Positions 14,069 to 29,422 are shown, counted from the stretch's first letter. The stretch: DNA of 64,000 bases from the human T2T-CHM13v2.0 reference genome, Homo sapiens (GCF_009914755.1 NC_060936.1), one strand, 5' to 3'. Program-made: numbers and translations. Notes: generated from the letters alone by a model not told the origin.

Positions 14069-15138
14069 CTCTCATAGGCCTAGATGTGTGCCTAAGAACA
14101 TCTGTGCAGAACGTACAAACACGAAAACAGCAAAGTGCTACATAACACAGGAGATTTCAGAAAGAGGACAAACATATTACATATTCATAGATGAGAATAG
14201 GAATATGTGTCTTTGAATACTGATATCACTGTAAAGATATCAATTTTCCCTCCCAGGTTATTATATAAATTCAACACAAGCCTAAGCTAAATTCCTGTAA
14301 CATTTATGTAGAAGACCTGACAAAAAGATTTCAAAGACTGGAAGCATAAAGATAAAAGAATATCAAGAAACTTTTAAAATGACAAGTAAAAATGATTGGG
14401 ATTTGCCATATCAGATATTTAAATATCAAGTATTTACAATTTATGAAAATTACAACAATATGATACTGGCAGCTCAACAAAGAGACTGTAAGAACTAGTA
14501 TGCATAAGAATTTGGTACAGCATGTGACAAAGGGAGAATGAAAAATAAGTGGGAAATGAATACGTTAGTAAATACATATTAATAGTATTCAGGCCACTTG
14601 TAAAAAATATAAAGTTGTATGTCTATTTTATAATGTTTACCAAAATAAATACTACACAAGTCAAAGGTTTAAATGAAAAACTAAAAAGCAGTAAGATGAT
14701 TAAAAAACCTATAGTAAATGTTTGTATTATTTTGGAGTGAGAAAAGTTTTCTAGGATAGAAATCAAAGAACGAGAGCAACAGATTTGGTGATAAAACCAT
14801 CTATGTATCAAAAGCATAAATAAAAAGCTAATTTTCAAACTGGTAAAATGATTCCAACATATATGAACAATAAAATACTAATACTCTTGATACATAAGTA
14901 GCTTTTACAGCTCATTTAGAGAACAAGGTGAACAATCCAAAAAAAAAAAAAAAAAAAAAACCTAAGGACATAAACAGGCCAATTTCCAGGAGAAAATACA
15001 AATGTTCACCTATGAAACTGGCAAAGATGAAAAGACGATGATTATGTCGGACAAAGGTGTAAAGGAATGGTAACTGCTGTGAACAACCTTTCCTGAAGGA
15101 AACTTGGCAGTATGCATAAAATGCCTTAAAAACATATA

Positions 15139-16278
15139 CAGTCATGTGCCACATCACAATGTTTCAGCCCACAACGTTTCACATATATGAAAGCGGTCCC
15201 CTAACATCAGAACGGAGCTGAAAAATGTCTATCACCTAGTGACATCATAGCCATCATAATGCAGCAGCACAACATGTTACTCACATGTTTGTATAAAATA
15301 CATCATACTTGATTAATGATAATAAACAATGATGTTACTGGTTTGTATATGTACTATGCTATAATTTTTATAATTATTTCACAGTCTACTCCTTCTACTT
15401 ATCAAAAAAAAAAAGTTAACCATGAAACAGCTTCAGGCAGATCCTTCGGCAGGTATTCCAGAAGAAGGCATTATCATTACAGGAGATGTGTGTTATTGCC
15501 CCTGAAGACCTTCAGTGACAGAAGATGTGGAGGTGGAAGACAGTGATATTGATTATCCTGACCCAGGGTAGGCCTGATGTGTGTGATTATGTCTTAGGTT
15601 TTAACAAAAATGTTTAAAAAGTAAAAAAAAAAAAAAAAAAAAAAATTGAAAAAAAAATTGAAAAAACTTAACGGAATAAGGATATAAAGAAAAAATGTTT
15701 TTGTACAGTTGTACAATGTGTATGTTTTAATCTAAATGTTACAGGAGAGTCAAAAAGTTAAAAAAAATAAAAAGTTTAAAAAGTAAAACAGTTATAATAA
15801 GCTAAGGTTAATTTATTCTTAAAGAAAAATATTCTTTATAAATTTAGTGTAGCCTAAGTGTACAGTGTTTATAAAGTCTTCAGTAGTGTACAGTAATGTC
15901 CTAGGCCTTCATATTCACTGACCACTCACCCAGAGCAAATTCCAGACCTTAAGCTTATACAGGTGCCTTATACAGGTGCCTTATACAGGTGTACCATTTT
16001 TTATGTTTTACACTGTATTTTTACTGTGCCTTTTTAATGTTTAGGTACATAAATACCTGCCCTTGCATTACAATTGCTTACAGTATTCAGTACAGTAACA
16101 TGCAGCACAGTACGGTTTATAGGCTAGGATCAATAGGCCATACCAAATAGCCTATGTGTGTAGTAGGCTGTACCATCTGGGTTTGTGTAAATACACTCTA
16201 TGATGTTTTCACAATGACAAAATCTCCAAACAATGCATTTCTCAGAATGCAGCCCTTCTGTTAAGTGACTCATGACTA
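15139..16278. mobile_element. Tigger3b (Golem/MER7-type) non-autonomous TcMar element
   Basis: TIRs cagtcatgtgcc / gtgactcatgacta; TA at 15137-15138 and 16279-16280; about 1.1 kb. Confidence 0.85.
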
Positions 16279-18344
16279 TACATCTTTCCACTTACATGAG
16301 GTACCCAGACTAGATAAATTCACAGATGCAGAAAGTAGGATACAGATTACCAGGGTCTCGAAGGGAAAGTAAATTGGAAGTTATTTTAATGGATACAGAG
16401 TTTCTGTTTGGGATGATGAAAACATTCTGGAAACGGATAGCAGTGATGGTTATGTGACATCATAAATGTACTTAATGTCACTGAATTGTACACTTTAAAA
16501 TGGTTAAAATGGTCAATTTTATGTTATGTATATTTTACCACAATTTCTAAAACCTCCATTGCATGACTATGAATTTTATTAAACCATTCTCCTATTATTG
16601 AATATTTGGGTTCTTTTTTTAAATTTTTAAACAATTAAAAATAATACTATGATAAAAAAAAATACATCCTTTGACTCAGCATTTCAATTTGTGGATATTT
16701 ATCTCATGGTAATAATTAAGAAGATGTGTAAAGATGTGCATTTTCCTCCTGGCACTATTTGTATCAGCAAAAAATCAGAAACCTAAATAACTAATGCATA
16801 GGATTAGTCAAATAAATTACAGCACATAATGGAAAATTAGAAAGCCAATAAAAAGTGTGCTGCAGACATATATCTATTTATATTAAGGAGAAATAATTAA
16901 AAATAATATGGTTGACAAGATAAACTTTAAAGGAAGTAAATGTTCATACGTGCATAAGAAAGTACCTGAAAGAATATATAATGGGGTTTTGCCAGGGGTC
17001 ATCTCTAAGGAAATGGGTTTTAACTGCTTTTTTATGCTTTTTCTTACTTGTCCGTATTTTCTGATATTTTGGCAATGCACACAAACTCTTTCAGTAAAAA
17101 GAAAAAAATTTATTAAAAGAAACTTAATTTTGAATAAAACATAGATAACTCCTCCCAGTTATTTTTCTTTTCTCAGAAGTAACACTGTGCCTTTGTGTAC
17201 TGGACAAAGTGAACCACATCCCCCCAGAAAAGAAACATAAAATGCCAACTGAATGACTGTCTAAAGCTTGTTATTATATGGAACCAGCCAATAATTGTTT
17301 TCCCAATCTGAGAAACTAGACATTAGATTATACAAAGATATCCCTTTGGGCTTTTGGTTTGCCTCTTGGTTGACCATAGTAGGTATATTACAAAGCAGTA
17401 ATGAAAACACTTTCTATTTTTGCCAGTGAGGTGGGTTTTCTTTTAGAAATGAGGAAGACGATGTCCCTGAAGAGTAAGGCTACACACAAAGTGAGACATT
17501 CAAGTACCTCAATGGAACCTAGTAAAATTAGAGCAAGAAAACTAAAACACCTTTAAGAGTATCTCAAAAGCTTGTGTAGCTGTAGAAGGATTAAAATTGT
17601 GAATTTAGAGGTACAGGCAAACAGATCCAATCCTAAAGGCATTTTTGTTTGGGTGTCCCACACATTAAGCTGTAAATCTGAAACAGGAAACTTGAAATCA
17701 TTAAGGTCACATATTTATAACATCATATTCAATTAGGTTAGAAAAGTGCAATATCTGTCATCATGTCATAAAAAGATGTGTTTTTCTCTCAGATCTCTTA
17801 TAAAGAAAAGCTCCCTATATTGTTAAGGATAGGGCTGTTTTCAATCAGTTACAAGGAGCAATTCAATTACTAGATGGTTTAGTGCAGTAACTGACTCAGA
17901 CTAATTTAATTTCTTTAGGTCTCTAAAGATCAATTGATCTGATTTGTCCCATCCCCAAAGGCTGTTTATGAAAAATTCAGACTTAAATATCTGGAAATGA
18001 AATCCAAAACCTCGGCCAATTTCACACTACTTAGGTCATCTTGCAAACTTTCAGCTAGTCATATAAGAGTGCTGTCTTTGCCCTCAGACCATTGAAAGCT
18101 ACTTAGCTTCATGTACATGTGAGTGCTCCCACATCAGGATGCTTATCCAATAAGTGGAAAATGTGGCCACATGCATTATCAAATCTGCCACTCTAAAGAG
18201 CAGTCAAACTGAGTACCTCCTATCTTGTAAACCAATGTGCAACTACAAGGCTATTTTTACTCTAGGAGTAGTTTATTAAGACTATGAAACATAGAGTTAC
18301 ATGGGATAAAAGTTGTTAGATGAAATGCTCATATAACAAGATGA

Positions 18345-18545
18345 AGAACTTGTAATTATTTTACATTTTTAGATTTATAAAATGCTGTCATAAATGCCAG
18401 CTTATTTGATTCTCAGAATAAACCTCTGAGGTGAGCAGGGTTATTTTTTCCATTTTCTAGATGAGTGTACAGACTCAGAAGTCTGGTGACTTCTCCAGGA
18501 TCACTCACCCAGGAAGAGGCAGAGGTGAGACTCTAAGCCCTAACT
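18345..18545 (-). mobile_element. MIR
   Basis: atttgattctcagaataaacctctgaggtg...cattttctagatgag...gactcaga. Confidence 0.7.
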
Positions 18546-20050
18546 TTTTTTTTCTCCCAATATATCATGCGTACCCCCATGGTCTGAGACAGAAAATATG
18601 ACACACACTATAAAAACAGATCACTATCACCCCACTGCATCATTGTCTCCATTCTTATTTAATACCTGAATAAAACTGAGAAAAAGTTCACTTATAACAA
18701 TCCCAACTGCATAAACCTGGTCTGCAGCAGGGCTTCTGGCCCTCAGAAACAGGAAATAAAGTCATGCCTAAATGAAGTTGCCTTTTGCAAGTGGACTCCT
18801 TTGTTGCCCACACTGCTGGTACCTCATTCTCAGTGATTTGTATCCCACCTAACTTGAGAGTTACCACTTGCCTTCTCTCTGCCCTTTGCAATGGATTTTC
18901 AATCACAAGCTCAAGTTTCTTTTCCTGATCCCAACACTTCCAACCAACTTGTCCAGCTCTCCAACTATTTAATCTTTCTTTTCTGCTCAAATCCCATAGT
19001 TCCTGGCCAACATTCAGCCTCTCCTGCTTGCTCCTCTGCTTCCCCACTGAGCCTCTAAGTCTGTTCCCCTAAATCAAACCTCCGCCTCACATTCTGCCAT
19101 TTGGGAAGGCTTAGGAAGGCTGAGACAGAGGTTGTTAAAATATGTAATTATCTTTTAATTTGAGTTGCCAAGATAGATTAGACAGAAGTGCTGAGGTCAG
19201 CAGATGTGGCTATGTAGGTAACAAAGAGTGCAGCAGAAATGTGCAGAAGTTAGTAGGGAAATTACACAGATGTAGAGATAAGAAAATCAGTGGTTCTGGT
19301 GGCTAGGGAACTTCCCTGGTCAATCAAGACATTGGGCCACATAAAAGAATTAGTGTGTTTAAGAAGTAAAAATAATCAATTAGGTTTAAAAATCTTCTCT
19401 TTGAAAAACAATTTTTGACATTCATACTGGGCAAAATATGTATCTCCATATAGTCATTACTCATCACCTCAATGGTCTCAAACTGCATGAACCATTTTAA
19501 TTGAATAAAAAGTAGGGTACGTTACAGGCACATGATTTCACTTGTCTTCTTAGACGCCTGATGTCTCTCCTATTAAATAAAAGCAGTCTACTATATTGGT
19601 AAAATTATGTGACCTTGAATTAAATTACATCTCCTTGTTTTAAAATTCCCCAACTACCCTTACACTCTTTGTGTTAGCAAATATATCTACTTGGGAAGGT
19701 AAAAAGCTATCAAGGTTCTATTTCTCTACAGACTGCCACTCATTGAGACATGAAGCTTAAAAATGTAAAGAGGACTAAGTCTTTAATAACAACAAAGCCC
19801 TATTTTTTATAGTAGAATAAATGTCCTGACCAAAGAAACTATTTCACTCAGAAATTAAGCATATAATAGATCCAGTCACAGTAGCTGTCAGACTTAGGCA
19901 GTTGCATATGTACAAGGAATAGGGGCAGAGAATAGAAGACTATATATAGTAAGGTTATGATTCTCTGGTGTCGAAAGGAGTGTGTTGTTACAAACTCCCT
20001 CTTCTCTTGATCTTATCTGAACAAGAAAGTAAACAGAAAATTCTCATTAC

Positions 20051-20127
20051 CTCTCAAGGTCAGTGAGCCTGGAGGAATCCCAGAATCCTTTGGCAAAAGG
20101 ATTGCTATCTATTTTCAGCTTCGTTAT
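20051..20127 (-). pseudogene. TBX20: TBX20 exon-6-like pseudo-exon (77 nt)
   Basis: Translates ITKLKIDSNPFAKGFWDSSRLTDLE(R). Acceptor attctttctccAG and donor GTaatg are both intact. Confidence 0.96.
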
Positions 20128-21285
20128 CTGGAGAAAGAATGGGTACAAAACAGTATCATTTCTGAGGTCAAGGAAGTAAAATCATAAATAGTTTGTTCAT
20201 TCTCCATAGCACACCAAGAATATCTTAATGTTTCTCAGTGTCGTGAGAAGGGTGGAAAATGCTACACATGTTCACAAGAGGGACAAATCCCAGCCAGGTG
20301 GGATGGTAAGGGAAGATCTCAGAGAGGAGGTATTGAGGACAGGCTGGAGGTTGACAGATAGATACAATTAGGGAAGGGAGCCTTTGAGGCAAAAGTAGAT
20401 GTGAACTGGGGTGTGCAGTATTTAATATATTATATAATATGTCAAAGGCTAGGGCTGAACTGAGGAATGGGAGAACCACCTAAATGGGAGAATTATGCAG
20501 AATTCCAGCATTGATAGAGAATGAAAGAAAGAATGCATTTGACTTGGTGACATCTTTTTTAGTACTGTGAGTACATACACACACCATAATAGATAAAAGG
20601 TAAAATGGCCAATAATAGCCTCATGTTCAATATGATATTGATATACGTGACATAAATACATGACATAAAGCCTTCTGAATATAAATTTTCTATTTCCCTT
20701 TCCATTTGACTAAATCAGAATCAAATTAGTCCATCTTTTGTTATCCTTCCATGAAATGTTATTTATAAACTCTATGTTTTTATGGAAAAACACATTCTAA
20801 TAATAATCACAGTCTGAAATATTAAATGCTCATGCTGTGGTATTCAGAATTCCCATAGTACTAATATTAGTGTAGAAAGATCCATGAAATTATATGCCCC
20901 ATGCCTCTGAAGGAGAATACATTAAGTTGTAACGAAAAAATAAAGGAAACACTGATTAAAAGATACTCAACATGGAAAATACTGGAATTGTTAGAGCTGA
21001 AAGGAAGCTGAGAGACCATCTAGCCCATGGTCTTATCCGACAGATAATCACACACAGACTCAAAGAGCACAAGGGCCAAGATTCAGCTGGTCAGTAACTG
21101 AATTAGAACCAAGAAAACCTTTAAGGAATCATAGCTTCTCAGTATCAAAATTAGAACACATGTTCATCTCCAGAGAGAAATGCATGCTAAAGATTCTTAA
21201 CAGGGGAAAAAAGTTACAGGCATGTCTTCTTCTTTCAAAGTAAGGAGTACACAATCAAAACAGATAGTTTGAAATACTCTTGCCA

Positions 21286-21599
<314 letters not shown>

Positions 21600-24500
21600 G
21601 AAATACTCTTGCCAAAAAGCAACTTTCTCCCCAAAGTATATCTATAGAACACTTTAAACTGTTAACACATGAGGAATTTCTTTTTTCATTTCAAAAGAAA
21701 TGTGGTTTTTTCTTTTTCATGGTTTCTGAACACTTTCAGAACCAAGGCACAAGCTGCAAAGAAGCTATTTATGCCTCGCTTAAAATGAAACCCCCCATAC
21801 TAACCCAGCCAGAAAGACTCCTCTATCAATAACACTGGCAAATTATAAGATTAACTCTTTGATAATATTAATTTTTAAAAAATTTGACAGTGCCTCAGAA
21901 ATGCTCATTTTTAGTCCATGAACATTCACTGTTGAGCAGTTAGAAGAAAATAGCTATGCTATGAGCATTGGTAAACAGGGAAGCAAATAAGCTACATAAA
22001 TCAGAAACCTGTTCTCATGGACAGCAACAGCTAAGACATGTATATGAAGAGAGATACAGGAAAGAGTTTATAGCGAACCTTCTCACACACAGCTACCACT
22101 CTCTGAAGAATGAAGCCTTGTTTCATCCACTTATTCCAACTAGGACTTGTTTTTGAAAGTCAGTTTTGGGAGGGAAGGGGAAAATATTTTTTTTTTTTGA
22201 AATAAATTATAAACATCCTCTAAAGCCCAGGCAATCGATAGAGTCTACAATTACAAATATCAGCAAGATTTTAAAATCCTCCAGGACATGAGCTATGTCT
22301 CTTTGTAACGAACAACTATACTTAAAATACGTTCTACTTCTGAAGTACTTTATAGTTCATTAATATGCTTTCACAATAATTCATCAGCAAATAATGAGGA
22401 TAAATCACCATGCCCATGCACTGCGCTAGATGTCGGATGACATGCACAGCTAATCAGAGCTGGAACTGGCTCTAAATGATGCTAAAGAAGGTGACACCAC
22501 CTCCAACAGAGACATTAAGGGTAAATCAAACCCACATGAAAATTTCAAACTGAAACTGTGAGGTGGAGCAATAAAGGTAAGGCTGCCTTTAAATAGCACA
22601 TTTATAAAATTGAAAAGTAAACAGGCTTGCCAATGGATAAAATTTTCTACAGACAACAACAGATAATATATCTGATAAAAAATTCATTTTGAAAGAACTT
22701 TTTACAGCCATCTCTCTAAGATATGAATCATATCAAGCTTTTTCTGAGTCTTTACAAATGAAAAGGGTAGAAGGTATTACCTATCTGTTCTAATGATTAA
22801 AGATGGACTTTTGACATATTTTATCTCTGAAAAGAATTTTGAAAATCACATTTCTTGTTCTTCTTTCAAAAGATAAAGACTATTGGCTCAGAATATGATT
22901 GAGAAGTTATCTTAAATTCTCCAGTGCTCTAATACCACAGAAAATACATACTCTCAAAACACGTGTTGCTCAATTGATGTGTCACCATATCTAATAATAC
23001 TGCCATACTTTGAGCAAAGGAGTAACTTAAATTCAACATGAGTTTTCAGATGTCTTCGAATTTTCTCTCATTATGAGAATTATCTACTGCTAATATCATT
23101 TTAATCCAACTTTCATAATTCCTAGGAGTATCAGTGGAAATTTCTTTACATTTTGATATAATTTCAAACTTCAGGAAAGTTGCAAGAATAGTACAGGTGC
23201 TCTTATACACCCAGATTTACCAATTAGCTACAGCAATGATTTAATTTTAGTGCACTAATTAGAAAAAGAATTCAAAACAATTACTTTCTCTATTTCTATT
23301 TAATCTAATTCTAGGGAAAATAATTGCTTTTGCACGTGACAGCAAAAAAAAACTGAATGGATCTATTATCACTAAAATTGTATGGGAGCTCTGGGTTGAT
23401 GCTACACATTCCTGAACAGCTTTTATGGGGTATTAATAATTAGCAGCACAGAGATTGTGGATTAAACTTCTTTGTGAGCCCACCATGTTCCTTGTAGCCC
23501 ACTGTCACTAGACTCTGAATCTACTAGAGTGTCCACAATTAAGAACCCCACAAGTATTTGTTGAGCTTTACCTCAAGAACAAGCACAGTCAGAAATATGA
23601 TCTCACCTTTTCACCAATTATGAACTAAGTGAAACCATGAATTTACAGGAAAAGCATTTCACTTTTTAAATTTTAAGATAAAATAATTTTTAAATAGCAA
23701 AATTTTAACATTCTAGGTAATCATACGTTTTAAAAGGTCAGACATAGAGTTTATGCCACAATATCTAAATAAAGACCAGTAGCTATACAGAAATTCATTT
23801 TTAAGGTGTAGTTTTACATCTCTTTATGAAATTTGGGATAACTGAAAAAAAAAAAAACACTGAGAACTGATGAGAAAAAGAAGCTGAGTTACAGACAGTG
23901 ATTTCAGGTGGACACCATTTCATTCATGTCCGAATAGAGGATGCCTGCATCTTGTAATGTTGTTGAACAAATCACGTTTATCAAAAGTAATCCTAAAAGA
24001 AGTCTCAAAAATAAATCAGCTACCAAACATTGTATGTACAGAAACCAGAGATATGGCTTCTTTATAACTCACAAATTCTTAAAAGCAGCAATGTTTCTCA
24101 CTTCATCAAGAGAAAACACTAACAAGCAAGGTTAGTAGTATGTGCTTAAGAAATGCTACTGTTTAGTGTGGGTCTACATATATCCAAGTTACTAATTCAG
24201 TCCAAAACACAACCCTGCTTTTTCATGTATTTAAATAATATAGAACGTAATGCAATTCCTAACCAAAATGTTCACTCTTTTGGCATCTCTATTATCTTTA
24301 AGTAAATGTGTGGAGGGCAGATTTTGACACTACCTGCTGTGCAAAAGAGAAGGGGACCTTTTGCAGTGGTTGTTCTGTATAATATCACTGGACTCTGAAT
24401 CCAGCTAGGGTTCCCAGCCACAAGGTAAAATTGGCCCTCAGAGACCATTTCTCCAATTAGCAGGAAAATATCTGACCAAAGGCATCTAAAAATGAAACTT

Positions 24501-25644
24501 GACCTACACTTCAACTCTACAGCAATGGTCTGCCTGCTCAAAAACAATGCATGACCTTTCAATCTTAAATTATAAAATAGTTTGTTGAAAGTGTAATGTA
24601 TTTAGCTTTTATCCAATAATGTAAAGAAATGCAATCATTCCCTTGCAAAAACCAGAGAAAGAAATAGCAAATAAAAGGTCCCACTTTCATTACTTATAAA
24701 TGAAACTACAAGGCACAATAAATGAGGAAGTTTTTCACAAATTGTTTTGGAAACTCTGACTTGGATTTCAATAGACATAAAAATAGCAGTCATATCCAAA
24801 GCTTAAGATATATGAAAGTGGTCCTAAATGTGAATTTTTAAATCTTCCTCTCTTTTCTCCTCCCTCTTTGTTCTTTGTATGTGAAAAAATTCTAATACTA
24901 TACCTAGTATATATTTACTTTATTTCCTATATATTTATTATATGTTATAGGCTATTATATGCTGCAGGATACATTATTGTATGCTATAGGAAAATTACTA
25001 CACAAACTTGGTAGAGCAGTGAAGTCACAGTAGATGGTAGAAGGCCTAGAAAGAGTCAAGGATAACTTTAGAAAATGACATAGGACTAATGAAAATGCCA
25101 ACCCACAAGTTCATTTATTCACTGCACATATGTTTACTGAGCACCTACAAGAGGAATTTTGATTGGTCTTACGAGGTTTATAAACCATTTGCAAAACTGG
25201 CCTGTTAGGATACCAAATCAAATTGTTGACTATTAACTGGATTTCTATTTTAAAGGCATATGGCTTTGTGCAAGGGGCTATGGTTTTAAAGGTGGATATC
25301 GAAAAATAAACTCAGACATAGTAGAATCTATGAGAAAATTAATTCTGAATTTAGTCACTTCCATTGTGGTTACTCAGCAATGAAATGACATATTAATCTT
25401 ATTAATATTATACTTAACGCAAGAAAGAATAGCTGGGCACTGATGGCTGGATTTTGATCCCATTTATGATATTAATTAGAAATAAACCTTTGCCAAAGGA
25501 GCAACTTATGTTGAAATGTGCGTATTATTATCTTCAGCTATTTTCATTACCCATATTTTCAAAGTCAGTTTTCGATGACACTGTCAGTGGTCACCACTTC
25601 CTTGGCCTTGCAATCTATTATGATGCCACCAAAAAGGAGGAATT

Positions 25645-25830
25645 AAAACCCAGAAGATCAAAACCTTGTACTGGTTCTGTCACTTACCAGATTTGTGACC
25701 TTGGGTGAATGTCTTAACCACTCTGACCTCAGTTTCTAATTCTACAAAATGGGACTCGTGGGGCCTTCTTCAAGGCATACAGTGTCAGAATTAAATGAGG
25801 TGTTTAGAAAAAAATGTGGAAAGATTTTTC
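25645..25830 (+). mobile_element. MIR
   Basis: tgtgaccttgggtgaatgtcttaaccactctgacctcagtttc. Confidence 0.75.
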
Positions 25831-25839
25831 TAAATTAAA

Positions 25840-26265
25840 AGTAATAAATCCAAACCATGAATTTTAGCTGGATCCTAGTTCAGAGGGGGTTTAGGGGCAG
25901 TTGGTCTATCCTGAAAATTTTAATATAAACTGAATATTAGGTGATATAAAGAACAAATTCTTATAAATTTTCTTAGCTGTGATAAAGATGTTGGGATTAT
26001 AAAAATAATGTTCTAATTGTCAGAATAGGCTTACAGAGTGTTTAGAAGTCTCAGGAAGCATGCAACTTAGTTTCAAAAGGGGAGGGAAGAAAATGGGAAG
26101 GAAGAGGGGAAGTATGTTTGCATATAGAGAGGAAGAGGAAGGAAAGAGAAAATTTGGGGGAAAAGCAAATTTGGCATTGCTGAATCTGGGTGGAAGGCAT
26201 GTGAGGTTCATTTTACTATTTGTTTCATTTTTTGTATATCTGAAATTTGTTCTAAATAAAAAATC
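25840..26265 (+). mobile_element. L1ME-type 3' end
   Basis: ctggatcctagttcag...gctgaatctgggtggaaggcatgtgaggttcattttactatt...tgaaattt. Confidence 0.65.
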
Positions 26266-26529
26266 GAGTAGAAAAACAAGAATTAAATTAGAAAATGTCA
26301 TTAAAGATGTGGTTCCAGTTGGATACAGCGAGTACTAGCAGATATTCTGACCTCCTGTTTAGGATGATCATCATCGTGTTACACTTGCTGATGTGTGGTG
26401 TGAGCAGCACATTTGTTTAAAAAAAAATGAGCATAAAGAGTTGATGCTCTCTAAAATTGATGTCTCAGAGTCTATCAGGGCCAAGAGCTGAGAGAGGGTG
26501 AAGTTCTGCTTCTTTGGGAACAGCAGGCA

Positions 26530-26780
26530 CTCACAGCTTAGGGGTTAAGGGCACTCCCTCTTGAATCTTAACCACCTGAATTCAAATCTGCAATGGGAGG
26601 AGCAAGGTCACTTCAGATGACTTATTTAACTAGTGCCTCAATTACCCCAACTGTACGATGCTGAATAAAAATACAATTGTTCCTATCTCACGATATCATT
26701 GAGAAGATCAAGTGTGATTATGAATTCAAGTGGTGTCTTGCACATAGTAAGTACCCAAATGTTAGCTGTTATTCGTATTA
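26530..26780 (+). mobile_element. MIR
   Basis: cctgaattcaaatc...gatgacttatttaac...gcctcaatt...gcacatagtaagtacc. Confidence 0.65.
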
Positions 26781-28259
26781 TGTAAATAAGACCGTCCTAT
26801 GATGTGAGAGGTCCCGCCAACACTTACGCAGTCTTGCTCTCTCACCTATTAAACCAAATCTCAGGCATTATACTTTAAAGTTTACTAGAAACTTTAATTT
26901 TTGTTCATCTCTATAATTTTCACTAAAAAAAATAAAGAGGAAAACAATTTACCTCCTCCTGCTTTGGCCCTCTTTAAAAAGAATTATGATAAAAGCAATG
27001 AGGTTTCCACATGACAAGTGTCTATGTTATTCCCAAACATCAATAAGGTTTCTTAAGTGAGCATAAATTTAAATTGTTAGAATATATTAGCATGGTGTAT
27101 ATTATAAAAGCTATGAAATCAATTAGTATAAATGAATGGAATGTTTTCGGAATCTTTTTGGAGCCGATATTTGCATCCCACGTGCCCTCAAATAAATTAA
27201 AAACAGGATTGCTGGTTTCAGTGTTCCAGATTTGCAAAGAAACAGCATTAGCGCTTCAGGCCTTTGTAGGCTTCCATCTAAACCCCAACTTTTAGTTTGG
27301 GCATTCTCTGAATGTTTCCACTCCTGTGTTATGATCTTGGAGATAATTCAAAGGTTACAATACTTGCCTTTACTATAAGATCATCAGCATGATAGCAATT
27401 ATGCATTAATTTCTCTATCTCATTAACTAATACACCACTAAAATTTTAAAATACAAATGGTGACAAATTCTTTTTTTGACATTTCTGAGATAGCCCCATC
27501 ATAACCACGTCTTATTTACAGAGCACCTTACAGCTTCCAAAGGCTTAAACAAGCCTACACACACAACTACATTTGATCTTCACAGCAATCCCCTAAAATG
27601 GTCTGGTCAGTTCTTGGCCCTAATAGCTAGGTAAGGAAAACAGCAGCCACTGGTGAAATGAAATCTACTCAAAGTTGTATAGAAATCCTAGGAGAGTAAG
27701 CCTTACATACATCCACTCTGGCCATCTGCCCACATCCCTTTTCCAGGCTTCTACTACCTCATTTCTGTGAGGCTGGCTGTGATGTCAGCTTCATCTTGCC
27801 TGTCCCGAGGGTCTCCACACCACCTCGCTTCCAGGTGACCATCCTCCTCTGGACTCTGAGCCATCTACCAGGCAGCATCTAATAGCTACTCACTCAGAAC
27901 CCAAAACCTAACAACATCAAGACAAGAGGAGAGCAGTAGTCTTGGCTACCTATGACCAATGAAACAAACACAAGATACAAAGACACAGAGAGGTCATAAA
28001 CAACTGAATGTGTCAAGTAAACGGAGCATGTGACTTCCTTTTATATTGAAGTGTATGAAAAGGAATTCTATTTCTGGTCCTTTCTGATGGAGAGAAGTTA
28101 CTCACCCTCTCTTAGCTTCAGCTTCCTCACCTATGGAGTGTAGTACTGCCACAGCCCCTTAAGCTTACGCTGGGCACAAAAGAAGAAAATGTATGGGAAG
28201 TGTCTATCAGTACATGGCCCTTAGTATGGCCTTGATAAATATTTACTAAGTTGGAATAA

Positions 28260-28604
<345 letters not shown>

Positions 28605-28642
28605 TAATTTTAAATGTGATGTACAACAGAGAGTAAAAAATG

Positions 28643-28875
28643 TAGGTTGAGTATCCCTTATCTGAAATGCTTGGAACCAAAAGTATTTTGGATCTCAGAT
28701 TTTCTCAGATTTGGGAATTTGCATTATACTTACAGGTTAAGCATCCTTAATCCACAAATCTAAAATCTGAAATGCTCCAGTGAGCATTTCCTTTGAGTGT
28801 CATGTCAATGCTCAAAAAGTTTCAGATTTTGGAGCATTCAGATTTTGGGTTTTTCGATTAGGGATACTCACCCTG
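28643..28875. mobile_element. Tigger4a (MER46A/Zombi) MITE
   Basis: TIRs aggttgagtatccctta / tagggatactcaccct; about 233 bp. Confidence 0.85.
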
Positions 28876-29422
28876 CATATAACTCAATAATATAAATTAG
28901 ATATCTTGATGTTACATACTATAGTTTACTATCTAAAAAGACATTTAAAATCATTTTACCAGAATTATCTCACCCTAAATTATAGCTGAATAAAACCTCA
29001 CAAAATATCTAAAGTATCAGCAGTTTGGGCAGTTGGATAGAATAGGTGTGTTTAATTCAGCAGAAAAACTGAACTTTTAAATTTTATGAAGCAACAAGAA
29101 CATGGTTATACATGTTACCAGGAGGAGGAAAAGGAGGCAAGTAACCTTCTGGAGAAGAAAATGTGAGAAGGCAGATTGGGGTAGGTGTGGGTGGGGAAGT
29201 GGGCAGTTAAAAACCTGACCCATAATGTAGAGATTCTAGAAAATACAGTGTAATACACAGTCACTCAACACACTCTTAGAGGTCCTAGCACTGAAACTCA
29301 ATAGCTCTCTGCAAAGTGAACATCCATTTTGAGTACTGGGATATCACTTCTCTCCAAGAAAATATAAGAACCTCCTAAATCCTTCTCTTATGCAGGAACT
29401 AAATTGTGAACTGTACACTCAT

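Noticed and set aside
29421-29422. U12-type AT-AC intron explaining the AT donor
   Set aside because: The sequence is ATGAGT, not ATATCCT, and the intron ends in AG, not AC.
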